64,000 nucleotides of DNA from Auanema rhodensis (taxonomy: Eukaryota; Animalia; Nematoda): NCBI GenBank assembly GCA_964057225.1, contig OZ059896.1:4278001-4342000 (forward strand), in the 5' to 3' direction. Under the pieces are notes generated by a model. It had not been told where the DNA came from. It ran no database searches and saw only the letters and a program-made list of their open reading frames with translations. Position numbers and translations under genes: made by a program. Below are positions 27,301 to 40,900 of this stretch, in pieces (positions within the stretch are counted from its first letter, which is position 1; the number at the start of each line of letters is the position of its first letter).

Positions 27301-30300
27301 CGAGTTACATACCTAGTGCACATCACGTGTACATTTAATTAGCATAAATTAAAGTTCACGTAAATTTCAAATTCATGGTTACCATGAACCAATATCAATA
27401 AAAATTTGTTTTTAAACTAATATGGACATGGGGATTCTAATTTTGAAAACCGCATCTCTTTATCTTTCACGTGAAGCGAGTTACATACCTAGTGCACATC
27501 ACGTGTACATTTAATTAGCATAAATTAAAGTTCACGTAAATTTCAAAGTCATGGTTACCATGAACCAATATCAATAAAAATTTGTTTTTAGACTAATATG
27601 GACATGGGGAATCTAATTTTGAAAACCGCATATTTTTATCTTTCACGTGAAGCGAGTTACATACCAAGTGCACATCACGTGTACACTAAATTAGCATAAA
27701 TTAAAGTTCACGTTAATTTCAAAGTCATGGTTACCATGCACCAATATCAATAAAAATTTGTTTTTAGACTAATTTGGACATGGGAAATCTAATTTTGAAA
27801 ACCGCATCTTTTTATCTTTCACGTGAAGCGAGTTACATACCAAGTGCACATCACGTGTACACTAAATTAGCATAAATTAAAGTTCACGTAAATTTCAAAG
27901 TCATGGTTACCATGCACCAATATCAATAAAAATTTGTTTTTAGACTAATATGGACATGGAGAATCCATTTTTGAAAACCGCATCTCTTTATCTTCCACGT
28001 GAAGCGAGTTACATACCAAGTGCACATCACGTGTACATTTAATTAGCATAAATTAAAGTTCACGTAAATTTCAAACTCATGGTTACCATGCACCAATATC
28101 AATAAAAATTTGTTTTCAAACTAATATGGACATGGGGATTCTAATTTTGAAAACCGCATCTCTTTATCTTTCACGTGAAGCGAGTTACATACCAAGTGCA
28201 CATCACGTGTACATTTAATTAGCATAAATTAAAGTTCACGTAAAATTCAAAGTCATGGTTACCATGCACCAATATCAATAAAATTTTGTTTTTAGACTAA
28301 TATGGACATGGGGAATCTAATTTTGAAAACCGCATCTTTTTATCTTTCACGTGAAGCGAGTTACATACCAAGTGCACATCACGTGTACATTTAATTAGCA
28401 TAAATTAAAGTTCACGTAAATTTCAAACTCATGGTTACCATGCACCAATATCAATAAAAATTTGTTTTTAGACTAATATGGACATGGAGAATCTAATTTT
28501 GAAAATCGCATCTCTTTATCTTTCACGTGAGGCGAGTTACATACCAAGTGCACATCACGTGTACATTTAATTAGCATAAATTAAAGTTCACGTAAATTTC
28601 AAAGTCATGGTTACCATGAACCAATGTCAATAAAAATTTGTTTTTAGACTAATATGGACATGGGGAATCTAATTTTGAAAACCGCATCTCTTTATCTTTC
28701 AAGTGAAGCGAGTTACATACCAAGTGCACATCACGTGTACATTTAATTAGCATAAATTAAAGTTCACGTAAATTTCAAATTCATGGTTACCATGAACCAA
28801 TATCAATAAAAATTTGTTTTCAAACTAATATGGACATGGGGATTCTAATTTTGAAAACCGCATCTCTTTATCTTTCACGTGAAGCGAGTTACATACCTAG
28901 TGCACATCACGTGTACATTTAATTAGCATAAATTAAAGTTCACGTAAGTTTCAAAGTCATGGTTACCATGAACCAATATCAATAAAAATTTGTTTTTAGA
29001 CTAATATGGACATGGGGAATCTAATTTTGAAAACCGCATCTCTTTATCTTTTACGTGAAGCGAGTTACATACCAAGTGCACATCACGTGTACATTTAATT
29101 AGCATAAATTAAAGTTCACGTAAATTTCAAAGTCATGGTTACCATGAACCAATATCAATAAAAATTTGTTTTTAAACTAATATGGACATGGGGAATCTAA
29201 TTTTTAAAACCGCATTTCTTTATCTTTCAAGTGAAGCGAGTTACATACCAAGTGCACATCACGTGTACATTTAATTAGCATAAATTAAAGTTCACGTAAA
29301 TTTCAAAGTCATGGTTACCATGCACCAATATCAATAAAATTTTGTTTTTAGACTAATATGGACATGGGGAATCTAATTTTGAAAACCGCATCTTTTTATC
29401 TTTCACGTGAAGCGAGTTACATACCAAGTGCACATCACGTGTACATTTAATTAGCATAAATTAAAGTTCACGTAAATTTCAAACTCATGGTTACCATGCA
29501 CCAATATCAATAAAAATTTGTTTTTAGACTAATATGGACATGGAGAATCTAATTTTGAAAATCGCATCTCTTTATCTTTCACGTGAGGCGAGTTACATAC
29601 CAAGTGCACATCACGTGTACATTTAATTAGCATAAATTAAAGTTCACGTAAATTTCAAAGTCATGGTTACCATGAACCAATATCAATAAAAATTTGTTTT
29701 TAGACTAATATGGACATGGGGAATCTAATTTTGAAAACCGCATCTCTTTATCTTTCAAGTGAAGCGAGTTACATACCAAGTGCACATCACGTGTACATTT
29801 AATTAGCATAAATTAAAGTTCACGTAAATTTCAAATTCATGGTTACCATGAACCAATATCAATAAAAATTTGTTTCCATACTAATATGGACATGGGGATT
29901 CTAATTTTGAAAACCGCATCTCTTTATCTTTCACGTGAAGCGAGTTACATACCTAGTGCACATCACGTGTACATTTAATTAGCATAAATTAAAGTTCACG
30001 TAAATTTCAAAGTCATGGTTACCATGAACCAATATCAATAAAAATTTGTTTTTAGACTAATTTGGACATGGGGAATCTAATTTTGAAAACCGCATCTCTT
30101 TATCTTTCAAGTGAAGCGAGTTACATACCAAGTGCACATCACGTGTACATTTAATTAGCATAAATTAAAGTTCACGTAAATTTCAAAGTCATGGTTACCA
30201 TGAACCAATATCAATAAAAATTTGTTTTTAAACTAATATGGACATGGGGAATCTAATTTTGAAAACCGCATCTCTTTATCTTTCACGTGAAGCGAGTTAC

Positions 30301-31400
30301 ATACCTAGTGCACATCACGTGTACATTTAATTAGCATAAATTAAAGTTCACGTAAATTTCAAAGTCATGGTTACCATGAACCAATATCAATAAAAATTTG
30401 TTTTTAGACTAATTTGGACATGGGGAATCTAATTTTGAAAACCGCATCTCTTTATCTTTCAAGTGAAGCGAGTTACATACCAAGTGCACATCACGTGTAC
30501 ATTTAATTAGCATAAATTAAAGTTCACGTAAATTTCAAAGTCATGGTTACCATGCACCAATATTAATAAAAATTTGTTTTTAGACTAATATGGACATGGG
30601 GAATCTAATTTTGAAAACCGCATCTCTTTATCTTTCACGTGAAGCGAGTTACATACCAAGTGCACATCACGTGTACACTTAATTAGCATAAATTAAAGTT
30701 CACGTAAATTTCAAAGTCATGGTTACCATGAACCAATATCAATAAAAATTTGTTTTTAGACTAATATGGACATGGGGAATCTAATTTTGAAAACTGCATC
30801 TCTTTATCTTTCGAGTGAAGCGAGTTACATACCAAGTGCACATCACGTGTACATTTAATTAGCATAAATTAAAGTTCACGTAAATTTCAAAGTCATGGTT
30901 ACCATGAACCAATATCAATAAAAATTTGTTTTTAAACTAATATGGACATGGGGAATCTAATTTTGAAAACCGCATCTCTTTATCTTTCACGTGAAGCGAG
31001 TTACATACCTAGTGCACATCACGTGTACATTTAATTAGCATAAATTAAAGTTCACGTAAATTTCAAAGTCATGGTTACCATGAACCAATATCAATAAAAA
31101 TTTGTTTTTAGACTAATAGGGACATGGGGAATCTAATTTTGAAAACCGCATCTCTTTATCTTTCACGTGAAACGAGTTACATATAAAGTGCACATCACGT
31201 GTACATTTAATTAGCATAAATTAAAGTTCACGTAAATTTCAAAGTCATGGTTACCATGCACCAATATTAATAAAAATTTGTTTTTAGACTAATATGGACA
31301 TGGGGAATCTAATTTTGAAAACCGCATCTCTTTATCTTTCACGTGAAGCGAGTTACATACCAAGTGCACATCACGTGTACACTTAATTAGCATAAATTAA
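24380..31400 (+). repeat. 26/28-monomer offset duplication (~24380-26830 vs ~29310-31400)
   Basis: TTCGAGTG at 26237/30813, TAGGGAC at 26543/31119 and GAAACGAG at 26596/31172 are all +4576. ATCGC+GAGG monomers 24636/29564 are +4928. Confidence 0.85.
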
Positions 31401-34139
31401 AGTTCACGTAAATTTCAAAGTCATGGTTACCATGAACCAATATCAATAAAAATTTGTTTTTAGACTATTATGGACATGGGGAATCTAATTTTGAAAACTG
31501 CATCTCTTTATCTTTCAAGTGAAGCGAGTTACATACCAAGTGCACATCACGTGTACATTTAATTAGCATAAATTAAAGTTCATGTAAATTTCAAAGTCAT
31601 GGTTACCATGCACCAATATCAATAAAAGTTTGTTTTTAGACTAATATGGACATGGGGAATCTAATTTTGAGAACCGCATCTCTTTATCTTTCACGTGAAG
31701 CGAGTTACATATAAAGTGCACATCACGTGTACATTTAATTAGCATAAATTAAAGTTCACGTAAGTTTCAAAGTCATGGTTACCATGAACCAATATCAATA
31801 AAAATTTGTTTTTAGACTAATATGGACATGGGGAATCTAATTTTGAAAACCGCATCTCTTTATCTTTCACGTGAAGCGAGTTACATACCAAGTGCACATC
31901 ACGTGTACATTTAATTAGCATAAATTAAAGTTCACGTAAATTTCAAAGTCATGGTTACCATGAACCAATATCAATAAAAATTTGTTTTTAAACTAATATG
32001 GACATGGGGAATCTAATTTTTAAAACCGCATTTCTTTATCTTTCAAGTGAAGCGAGTTACATACCAAGTGCACATCACGTGTACATTTAATTAGCATAAA
32101 TTAAAGTTCACGTAAATTTCAAAGTCATGGTTACCATGAACCAATATCAATAAAAATTTGTTTTCAAACTAATATGGACATGGGGATTCTAATTTTGAAA
32201 ACCGCATCTCTTTATCTTTCACGTGAAGCGAGTTACATACCTAGTGCACATCACGTGTACATTTAATTAGCATAAATTAAAGTTCACGTAAATTTCAAAG
32301 TCATGGTTACCATGAACCAATATCAATAAAAATTTGTTTTTAGACTAATTTGGACATGGGGAATCTAATTTTGAAAACCGCATCTCTTTATCTTTCAAGT
32401 GAAGCGAGTTACATACCAAGTGCACATCACGTGTACATTTAATTAGCATAAACTAAAGTTCACGTAAATTTCAAAGTCATGGTTACCATGAACCAATATC
32501 AATAAAAATTTGTTTTTAAACTAATATGGACATGGGGAATCTAATTTTGAAAACCGCATCTCTTTATCTTTCACGTGAAGCGAGTTACATACCTAGTGCA
32601 CATCACGTGTACATTTAATTAGCATAAATTAAAGTTCACGTAAATTTCAAAGTCATGGTTACCATGCACCAATATCAATAAAAGTTTGTTTTTAGACTAA
32701 TATGGACATGGGGAATCTAATTTTGAGAACCGCATCTCTTTATCTTTCACGTGAAGCGAGTTACATATAAAGTGCACATCACGTGTACATTTAATTAGCA
32801 TAAATTAAAGTTCACGTAAATTTCAAAGTCATGGTTACCATGAACCAATATCAATAAAAATTTGTTTTTAGACTAATATGGACATGGGGAATCTACTTTT
32901 GAAAACCGCATCTCTTTATCTTTCACGTGAAGCGAGTTACATACCAAGTGCACATCACGTGTACATTTAATTAGCATAAATTAAAGTTCACGTAAATTTC
33001 AAAGTCATGGTTACCATGAACCAATATCAATAAAAATTTGTTTTTAAACTAATATGGACATGGGGAATCTAATTTTGAAAACCGCATCTCTTTATCTTTC
33101 AAGTGAAGCGAGTTACATACCAAGTGCACATCACGTGTACATTTAATTAGCATAAATTAAAGTTCACGTAAATTTCAAAGTCATGGTTACCATGAACCAA
33201 TATCAATAAAAATTTGTTTTCAAACTAATATGGACATGGGGATTCTAATTTTGAAAACCGCATCTCTTTATCTTTCACGTGAAGCGAGTTACATACGTAG
33301 TGCACATCACGTGTACATTTAATTAGCATAAATTAAAGTTCACGTAAATTTCAAAGTCATGGTTACCATGAACCAATATCAATAAAAATTTGTTTTTAGA
33401 CTAATTTGGACATGGGGAATCTAATTTTGAAAACCGCATCTCTTTATCTTTCAAGTGAAGCGAGTTACATACCAAGTGCATATCACGTGTACATTTAATT
33501 AGCATAAATTTAAGTTCACGTAAATTTCAAAGTCATGGTTACCATGAACCAATATCAATAAAAATTTGTTTTTAAACTAATATGGACATGGGGATTCTAA
33601 TTTTGAAAACCGCATCTCTTTATCTTTCACGTGAAGCGAGTTACATACCTAGTGCACATCACGTGTACATTTAATTAGCATAAATTAAAGTTCACGTAAA
33701 TTTCAAAGTCATGGTTACCATGAACCAATATCAATAAAAATTTGTTTTTAGACTAATTTGGACATGGGGATTCTAATTTTGAAAACCGCATCTCTTTATC
33801 TTTCACGTGAAGCGAGTTACATACCTAGTGCACATCACGTGTACATTTAATTAGCATAAATTAAAGTTCACGTAAATTTCAAAGTCATGGTTACCATGAA
33901 CCAATATCAATAAAAATTTGTTTTTAAACTAATATGGACATGGGGAATCTAATTTTGAAAACCGCATCTCTTTATCTTTCACGTGAAGCGAGTTACATAC
34001 CTAGTGCACATCACGTGTACATTTAATTAGCATAAATTAAAGTTCACGTAAATTTCAAAGTCATGGTTACCATGCACCAATATCAATAAAAGTTTGTTTT
34101 TAGACTAATATGGACATGGGGAATCTAATTTTGAGAACC

Positions 34140-37100
34140 GCATCTCTTTATCTTTCACGTGAAGCGAGTTACATATAAAGTGCACATCACGTGTACATTT
34201 AATTAGCATAAATTAAAGTTCACGTAAATTTCAAAGTCATGGTTACCATGAACCAATATCAATAAAAATTTGTTTTTAGACTAATATGGACATGGGGAAT
34301 CTAATTTTGAAAACCGCATCTCTTTATCTTTCACGTGAAGCGAGTAACATACCAAGTGCACATCACGTGTACATTTAATTAGCATAAATTAAAGTTCACG
34401 TAAATTTCAAAGTCATGGTTACCATGAACCAATATCAATAAAAATTTGTTTTTAAACTAATATGGACATGGGGAATCTAATTTTGAAAACCGCATCTCTT
34501 TATCTTTCAAGTGAAGCGAGTTACATACCAAGTGCACATCACGTGTACATTTAATTAGCATAAATTAAAGTTCACGTAAATTTCAAAGTCATGGTTACCA
34601 TGAACCAATATCAATAAAAATTTGTTTTCAAACTAATATGGACATGGGGATTCTAATTTTGAAAACCACATCTCTTTATCTTTCACGTGAAGCGAGTTAC
34701 ATACCTAGTGCACATCACGTGTACATTTAATTAGCATAAATTAAAGTTCACGTAAATTTCAAAGTCATGGTTACCATGAACCAATATCAATAAAAATTTG
34801 TTTTTAGACTAATTTGGACATGGGGAATCTAATTTTGAAAACCGCATCTCTTTATCTTTCAAGTGAAGCGAGTTACATACCAAGTGCACATCACGTGTAC
34901 ATTTAATTAGCATAAATTAAAGTTCACGTAAATTTCAAAGTCATGGTTACCATGAACCAATATCAATAAAAATTTGTTTTTAAACTAATATGGACATGGG
35001 GAATCTAATTTTGAAAACCGCATCTCTTTATCTTTCACGTGAAGCGAGTTACATACCTAGTGCACATCACGTGTACATTTAATTAGCATAAGTTGAAGTT
35101 CACGTAAATTTCAAAGTCATGGTTACCATGAACCAATATCAATGAAAATTTGTTTTCAGACTAATATGGACATGGGGAATCTAATTTTGAAAACCGCATC
35201 TCTTTATCTTTCACGTGAAGCGAGTTACATATAAAGTGCACATCACGTGTACATTTAATTAGCATAAATTAAAGTTCACGTAAATTTCAAAGTCATGGTT
35301 ACCATGCACCAATATCAATGAAAATTTGTTTTTAGACTAATATGGACATGGGGAATCTAATTTTGAAAACCGCATCTCTTTATCTTTCAAGTGAAGCGAG
35401 TTACATACCAAGTGCACATCACGTGTACATTTAATTAGCATAAATTAAAGTTCACGTAAATTTCAAAGTCATGGTTACCATGAACCAATATCAATACAAA
35501 TTTGTTTTTAAACTAATATGGACATGGGGATTCTAATTTTGAAAACCGCATCTCTTTATCTTTCACGTGAAGCGAGTTACATATAAAGTGCACATCACGT
35601 GTACATTTAATTAGCATAAATTAAAGTTCACGTAAAATTCAAAGTCATGGTTACCATGAACCAATATCAATAAAAATTTGTTTTTACACTAATATGGACA
35701 TGGGGAATCTAATTTTGAAAACCGCATCTCTTTATCTTTCACGTGAAGCGAGTTACATACCTAGTGCACATCACGTGTACATTTAATTAGCATAAATTAA
35801 AGTTCACGTAAATTTCAAAGTCATGGTTACCATGCACCAATATCAATGAAAATTTGTTTTTAGACTAATATGGACATGGGGAATCTAATTTTGAAAACCG
35901 CATCTCTTTATCTTTCAAGTGAAGCGAGTTACATACCAAGTGCACATCACGTGTACACTTAATTAGCATAAATTAAAGTTCACGTAAATTTCAAAGTCAT
36001 GGTTACCATGCACCAATATCAATGAAAATTTGTTTTTAGACTAATATGGACATGGGGAATCTAATTTTGAAAACCGCATCTCTTTATCTTTCAAGTGAAG
36101 CGAGTTACATACCAAGTGCACATCACGTGTACATTTAATTAGCATAAATTAAAGTTCACGTAAATTTCAAAGTCATGGTTACCATGAACCAATATCAATA
36201 CAAATTTGTTTTTAAACTAATATGGACATGGGGATTCTAATTTTGAAAACCGCATCTCTTTATCTTTCACGTGAAGCGAGTTACATATAAAGTGCACATC
36301 ACGTGTACATTTAATTAGCATAAATTAAAGTTCACGTAAAATTCAAAGTCATGGTTACCATGAACCAATATCAATAAAAATTTGTTTTTAAACTAATATG
36401 GACATGGGGAATCTAATTTTGAAAACCGCATCTCTTTATCTTTCACGTGAAGCGAGTTACATACCTAGTGCACATCACGTGTACATTTAATTAGCATAAA
36501 TTAAAGTTCACGTAAATTTCAAAGTCATGGTTACCATGAACCAATATCAATAAAAATTTGTTTTTAGACTAATATGGACATGGGAAATCTAATTTTGAAA
36601 ACCGCATCTCTTTATCTTTCACGTGAAGCGAGTTACATATAAAGTGCACATCACGTGTACATTTAATTAGCATAAATTAAAGTTCACGTAAATTTCAAAG
36701 TCATGGTTACCATGAACCAATATCAATAAAAATTTGTTTTTAGACTAATATGGACATGGGGAATCTAATTTTGAAAACCGCATCTCTTTATCTTTCACGT
36801 GAAGCGAGTAACATACCAAGTGCACATCACGTGTACATTTAATTAGCATAAATTAAAGTTCACGTAAATTTCAAAGTCATGGTTACCATGAACCAATATC
36901 AATAAAAATTTGTTTTTAAACTAATATGGACATGGGGAATCTAATTTTGAAAACCGCATCTCTTTATCTTTCAAGTGAAGCGAGTTACATACCAAGTGCA
37001 CATCACGTGTACATTTAATTAGCATAAATTAAAGTTCACGTAAATTTCAAAGTCATGGTTACCATGAACCAATATCAATAAAAATTTGTTTTCAAACTAA

Positions 37101-37900
37101 TATGGACATGGGGATTCTAATTTTGAAAACCACATCTCTTTATCTTTCACGTGAAGCGAGTTACATACCTAGTGCACATCACGTGTACATTTAATTAGCA
37201 TAAATTAAAGTTCACGTAAATTTCAAAGTCATGGTTACCATGAACCAATATCAATAAAAATTTGTTTTTAGACTAATTTGGACATGGGGAATCTAATTTT
37301 GAAAACCGCATCTCTTTATCTTTCAAGTGAAGCGAGTTACATACCAAGTGCACATCACGTGTACATTTAATTAGCATAAATTAAAGTTCACGTAAATTTC
37401 AAAGTCATGGTTACCATGAACCAATATCAATAAAAATTTGTTTTTAAACTAATATGGACATGGGGAATCTAATTTTGAAAACCGCATCTCTTTATCTTTC
37501 ACGTGAAGCGAGTTACATACCTAGTGCACATCACGTGTACATTTAATTAGCATAAGTTGAAGTTCACGTAAATTTCAAAGTCATGGTTACCATGAACCAA
37601 TATCAATGAAAATTTGTTTTTAGACTAATATGGACATGGGGAATCTAATTTTGAAAACCGCATCTCTTTATCTTTCACGTGAAGCGAGTTACATATAAAG
37701 TGCACATCACGTGTACATTTAATTAGAATAAATTAAAGTTCACGTAAATTTCAAAGTCATGGTTACCATGCACCAATATCAATGAAAATTTGTTTTTAGA
37801 CTAATATGGACATGGGGAATCTAATTTTGAAAACCGCATCTCTTTATCTTTCAAGTGAAGCGAGTTACATACCAAGTGCACATCACGTGTACACTTAATT
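34140..37900 (+). repeat. 14-monomer (2464-bp) offset duplication
   Basis: GAGTAACAT in monomers 34316/36780 and AACCACATC at 34668/37132, both +2464. Confidence 0.85.
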
Positions 37901-40900
37901 AGCATAAATTAAAGTTCACGTAAATTTCAAAGTCATGGTTACCATGCACCAATATCAATGAAAATTTGTTTTTAGACTAATATGGACATGGGGAATCTAA
38001 TTTTGAAAACCGCATCTCTTTATCTTTCAAGTGAAGCGAGTTACATACCAAGTGCACATCACGTGTACATTTAATTAGCATAAATTAAAGTTCACGTAAA
38101 TTTCAAAGTCATGGTTACCATGAACCAATATCAATAAAAATTTGTTTTTAAACTAATATGGACATGGGGATTCTAATTTTGAAAACCGCATCTCTTTATC
38201 TTTCACGTGAAGCGAGTTACATATAAAGTGCACATCACGTGTACATTTAATTAGCATAAATTAAAGTTCACGTAAAATTCAAAGTCATGGTTACCATGAA
38301 CCAATATCAATAAAAATTTGTTTTTAAACTAATATGGACATGGGGAATCTAATTTTGAAAACCGCATCTCTTTATCTTTCACGTGAAGCGAGTTACATAC
38401 CTAGTGCACATCACGTGTACATTTAATTAGCATAAATTAAAGTTCACGTAAATTTCAAAGTCATGGTTACCATGAACCAATATCAATAAAAATTTGTTTT
38501 TAGACTAATATGGACATGGGGAATCTAATTTTGAAAACCGCATCTCTTTATCTTTCACGTGAAGCGAGTTACATATAAAGTGCACATCACGTGTACATTT
38601 AATTAGCATAAATTAAAGTTCACGTAAATTTCAAAGTCATGGTTACCATGCACCAATATTAATAAAAATTGGTTTTTAGACTAATATGGACATGGGGAAT
38701 CTAATTTTGAAAACTGCATCTCTTTATCTTTCACGTGAAGCGAGTTACATACCAAGTGCACATCACGTGTACACTTAATTAGCATAAATTAAAGTTCACG
38801 TTAATTTCAAAGTCATGGTTACCATGAACCAATATCAATAAAAACTTGTTTTTAGACTAATATGGACATGGGGAATCTAATTTTGAAAACCGCATCTCTT
38901 TATCTTTCACGTGAAGCGAGTTACATATAAAGTGCACATCACGTGTACATTTAATTAGCATAAATTAAAGTTCACGTAAATTTCAAAGTCATGGTTACCA
39001 TGCACCAATATTAATAAAAATTTGTTTTTAGACTAATATGGACATGGGGAATCTAATTTTGAAAACCGCATCTTTTTATCTTTCACGTGAAGCGAGTTAC
39101 ATACCAAGTGCACATCACGTGTACACTAAATTAGCATAAATTAAAGTTCACGTTAATTTCAAAGTCATGGTTACCATGCACCAATATCAATAAAAATTTG
39201 TTTTTAGACTAATTTGGACATGGGGAATCTAATTTTGAAAACCGCATCTCTTTATCTTTCACGTGAGGCGAGTTACATACCAAGTGCACATCACGTGTAC
39301 ATTTAATTAGCATAAATTAAAGTTCACGTAAATTTCAAAGTCATGGTTACCATGAACCAATATCAATAAAAATTTGTTTTTAGACTAATATGGACATGGG
39401 GAATCTAATTTTGAAAACCGCATCTCTTTATCTTTCAAGTGAAGCGAGTTACATACCAAGTGCACATCACGTGTACATTTAATTAGCATAAATTAAAGTT
39501 CACGTAAATTTCAAATTCATGGTTACCATGAACCAATATCAATAAAAGTTTGTTTTTAAACTAATATGGACATGGGGATTCTAATTTTGAAAACCGCATC
39601 TCTTTATCTTTCACGTGAAGCGAGTTACATACCTAGTGCACATCACGTGTACATTTAATTAGCATAAATTAAAGTTCACGTAAATTTCAAAGTCATGGTT
39701 ACCATGAACCAATATCAATAAAAATCTGTTTTTAGACTAATTTGGACATGGGGAATCTAATTTTGAAAACCGCATCTCTTTATCTTTCACGTGAAGCGAG
39801 TTACATACCAAGTGCACATCACGTGTACACTAAATTAGCATAAATTAAAGTTCACGTTAATTTCAAAGTCATGGTTACCATGAACCAATATCAATAAAAA
39901 TTTGTTTTTAGACTAATATGGACATGGGGAATCTAATTTTGAAAACCGCATCTCTTTATCTTTCACGTGAAGCGAGTTACATACCAAGTGCACATCACGT
40001 GTACACTAAATTAGCATAAATTAAAGTTCACGTTAATTTCAAAGTCATGGTTACCATGAACCAATATCAATAAAAATTTGTTTTTAAACTAATATGGACA
40101 TGGGGAATCTAATTTTGAAAACCGCATCTCTTTATCTTTCACGTGAAGCGAGTTACATACCTAGTGCACATCACGTGTACATTTAATTAGCATAAATTAA
40201 AGTTCACGTAAATTTCAAAGTCATGGTTACCATGAACCAATATCAATAAAAATTTGTTTTTAGACTAATATGGACATGGGGAATCTAATTTTGAAAACCG
40301 CATCTCTTTATCTTTCACGTGAAGCGAGTTACATATAAAGTGCACATCACGTGTACATTTAATTAGCATAAATTAAAGTTCACGTAAATTTCAAAGTCAT
40401 GGTTACCATGCACCAATATTAATAAAAATTGGTTTTTAGACTAATATGGACATGGGGAATCTAATTTTGAAAACTGCATCTCTTTATCTTTCACGTGAAG
40501 CGAGTTACATACCAAGTGCACATCACGTGTACACTTAATTAGCATAAATTAAAGTTCACGTTAATTTCAAAGTCATGGTTACCATGAACCAATATCAATA
40601 AAAACTTGTTTTTAGACTAATATGGACATGGGGAATCTAATTTTGAAAACCGCATCTCTTTATCTTTCACGTGAAGCGAGTTACATATAAAGTGCACATC
40701 ACGTGTACATTTAATTAGCATAAATTAAAGTTCACGTAAATTTCAAAGTCATGGTTACCATGCACCAATATTAATAAAAATTTGTTTTTAGACTAATATG
40801 GACATGGGGAATCTAATTTTGAAAACCGCATCTTTTTATCTTTCACGTGAAGCGAGTTACATACCAAGTGCACATCACGTGTACACTAAATTAGCATAAA

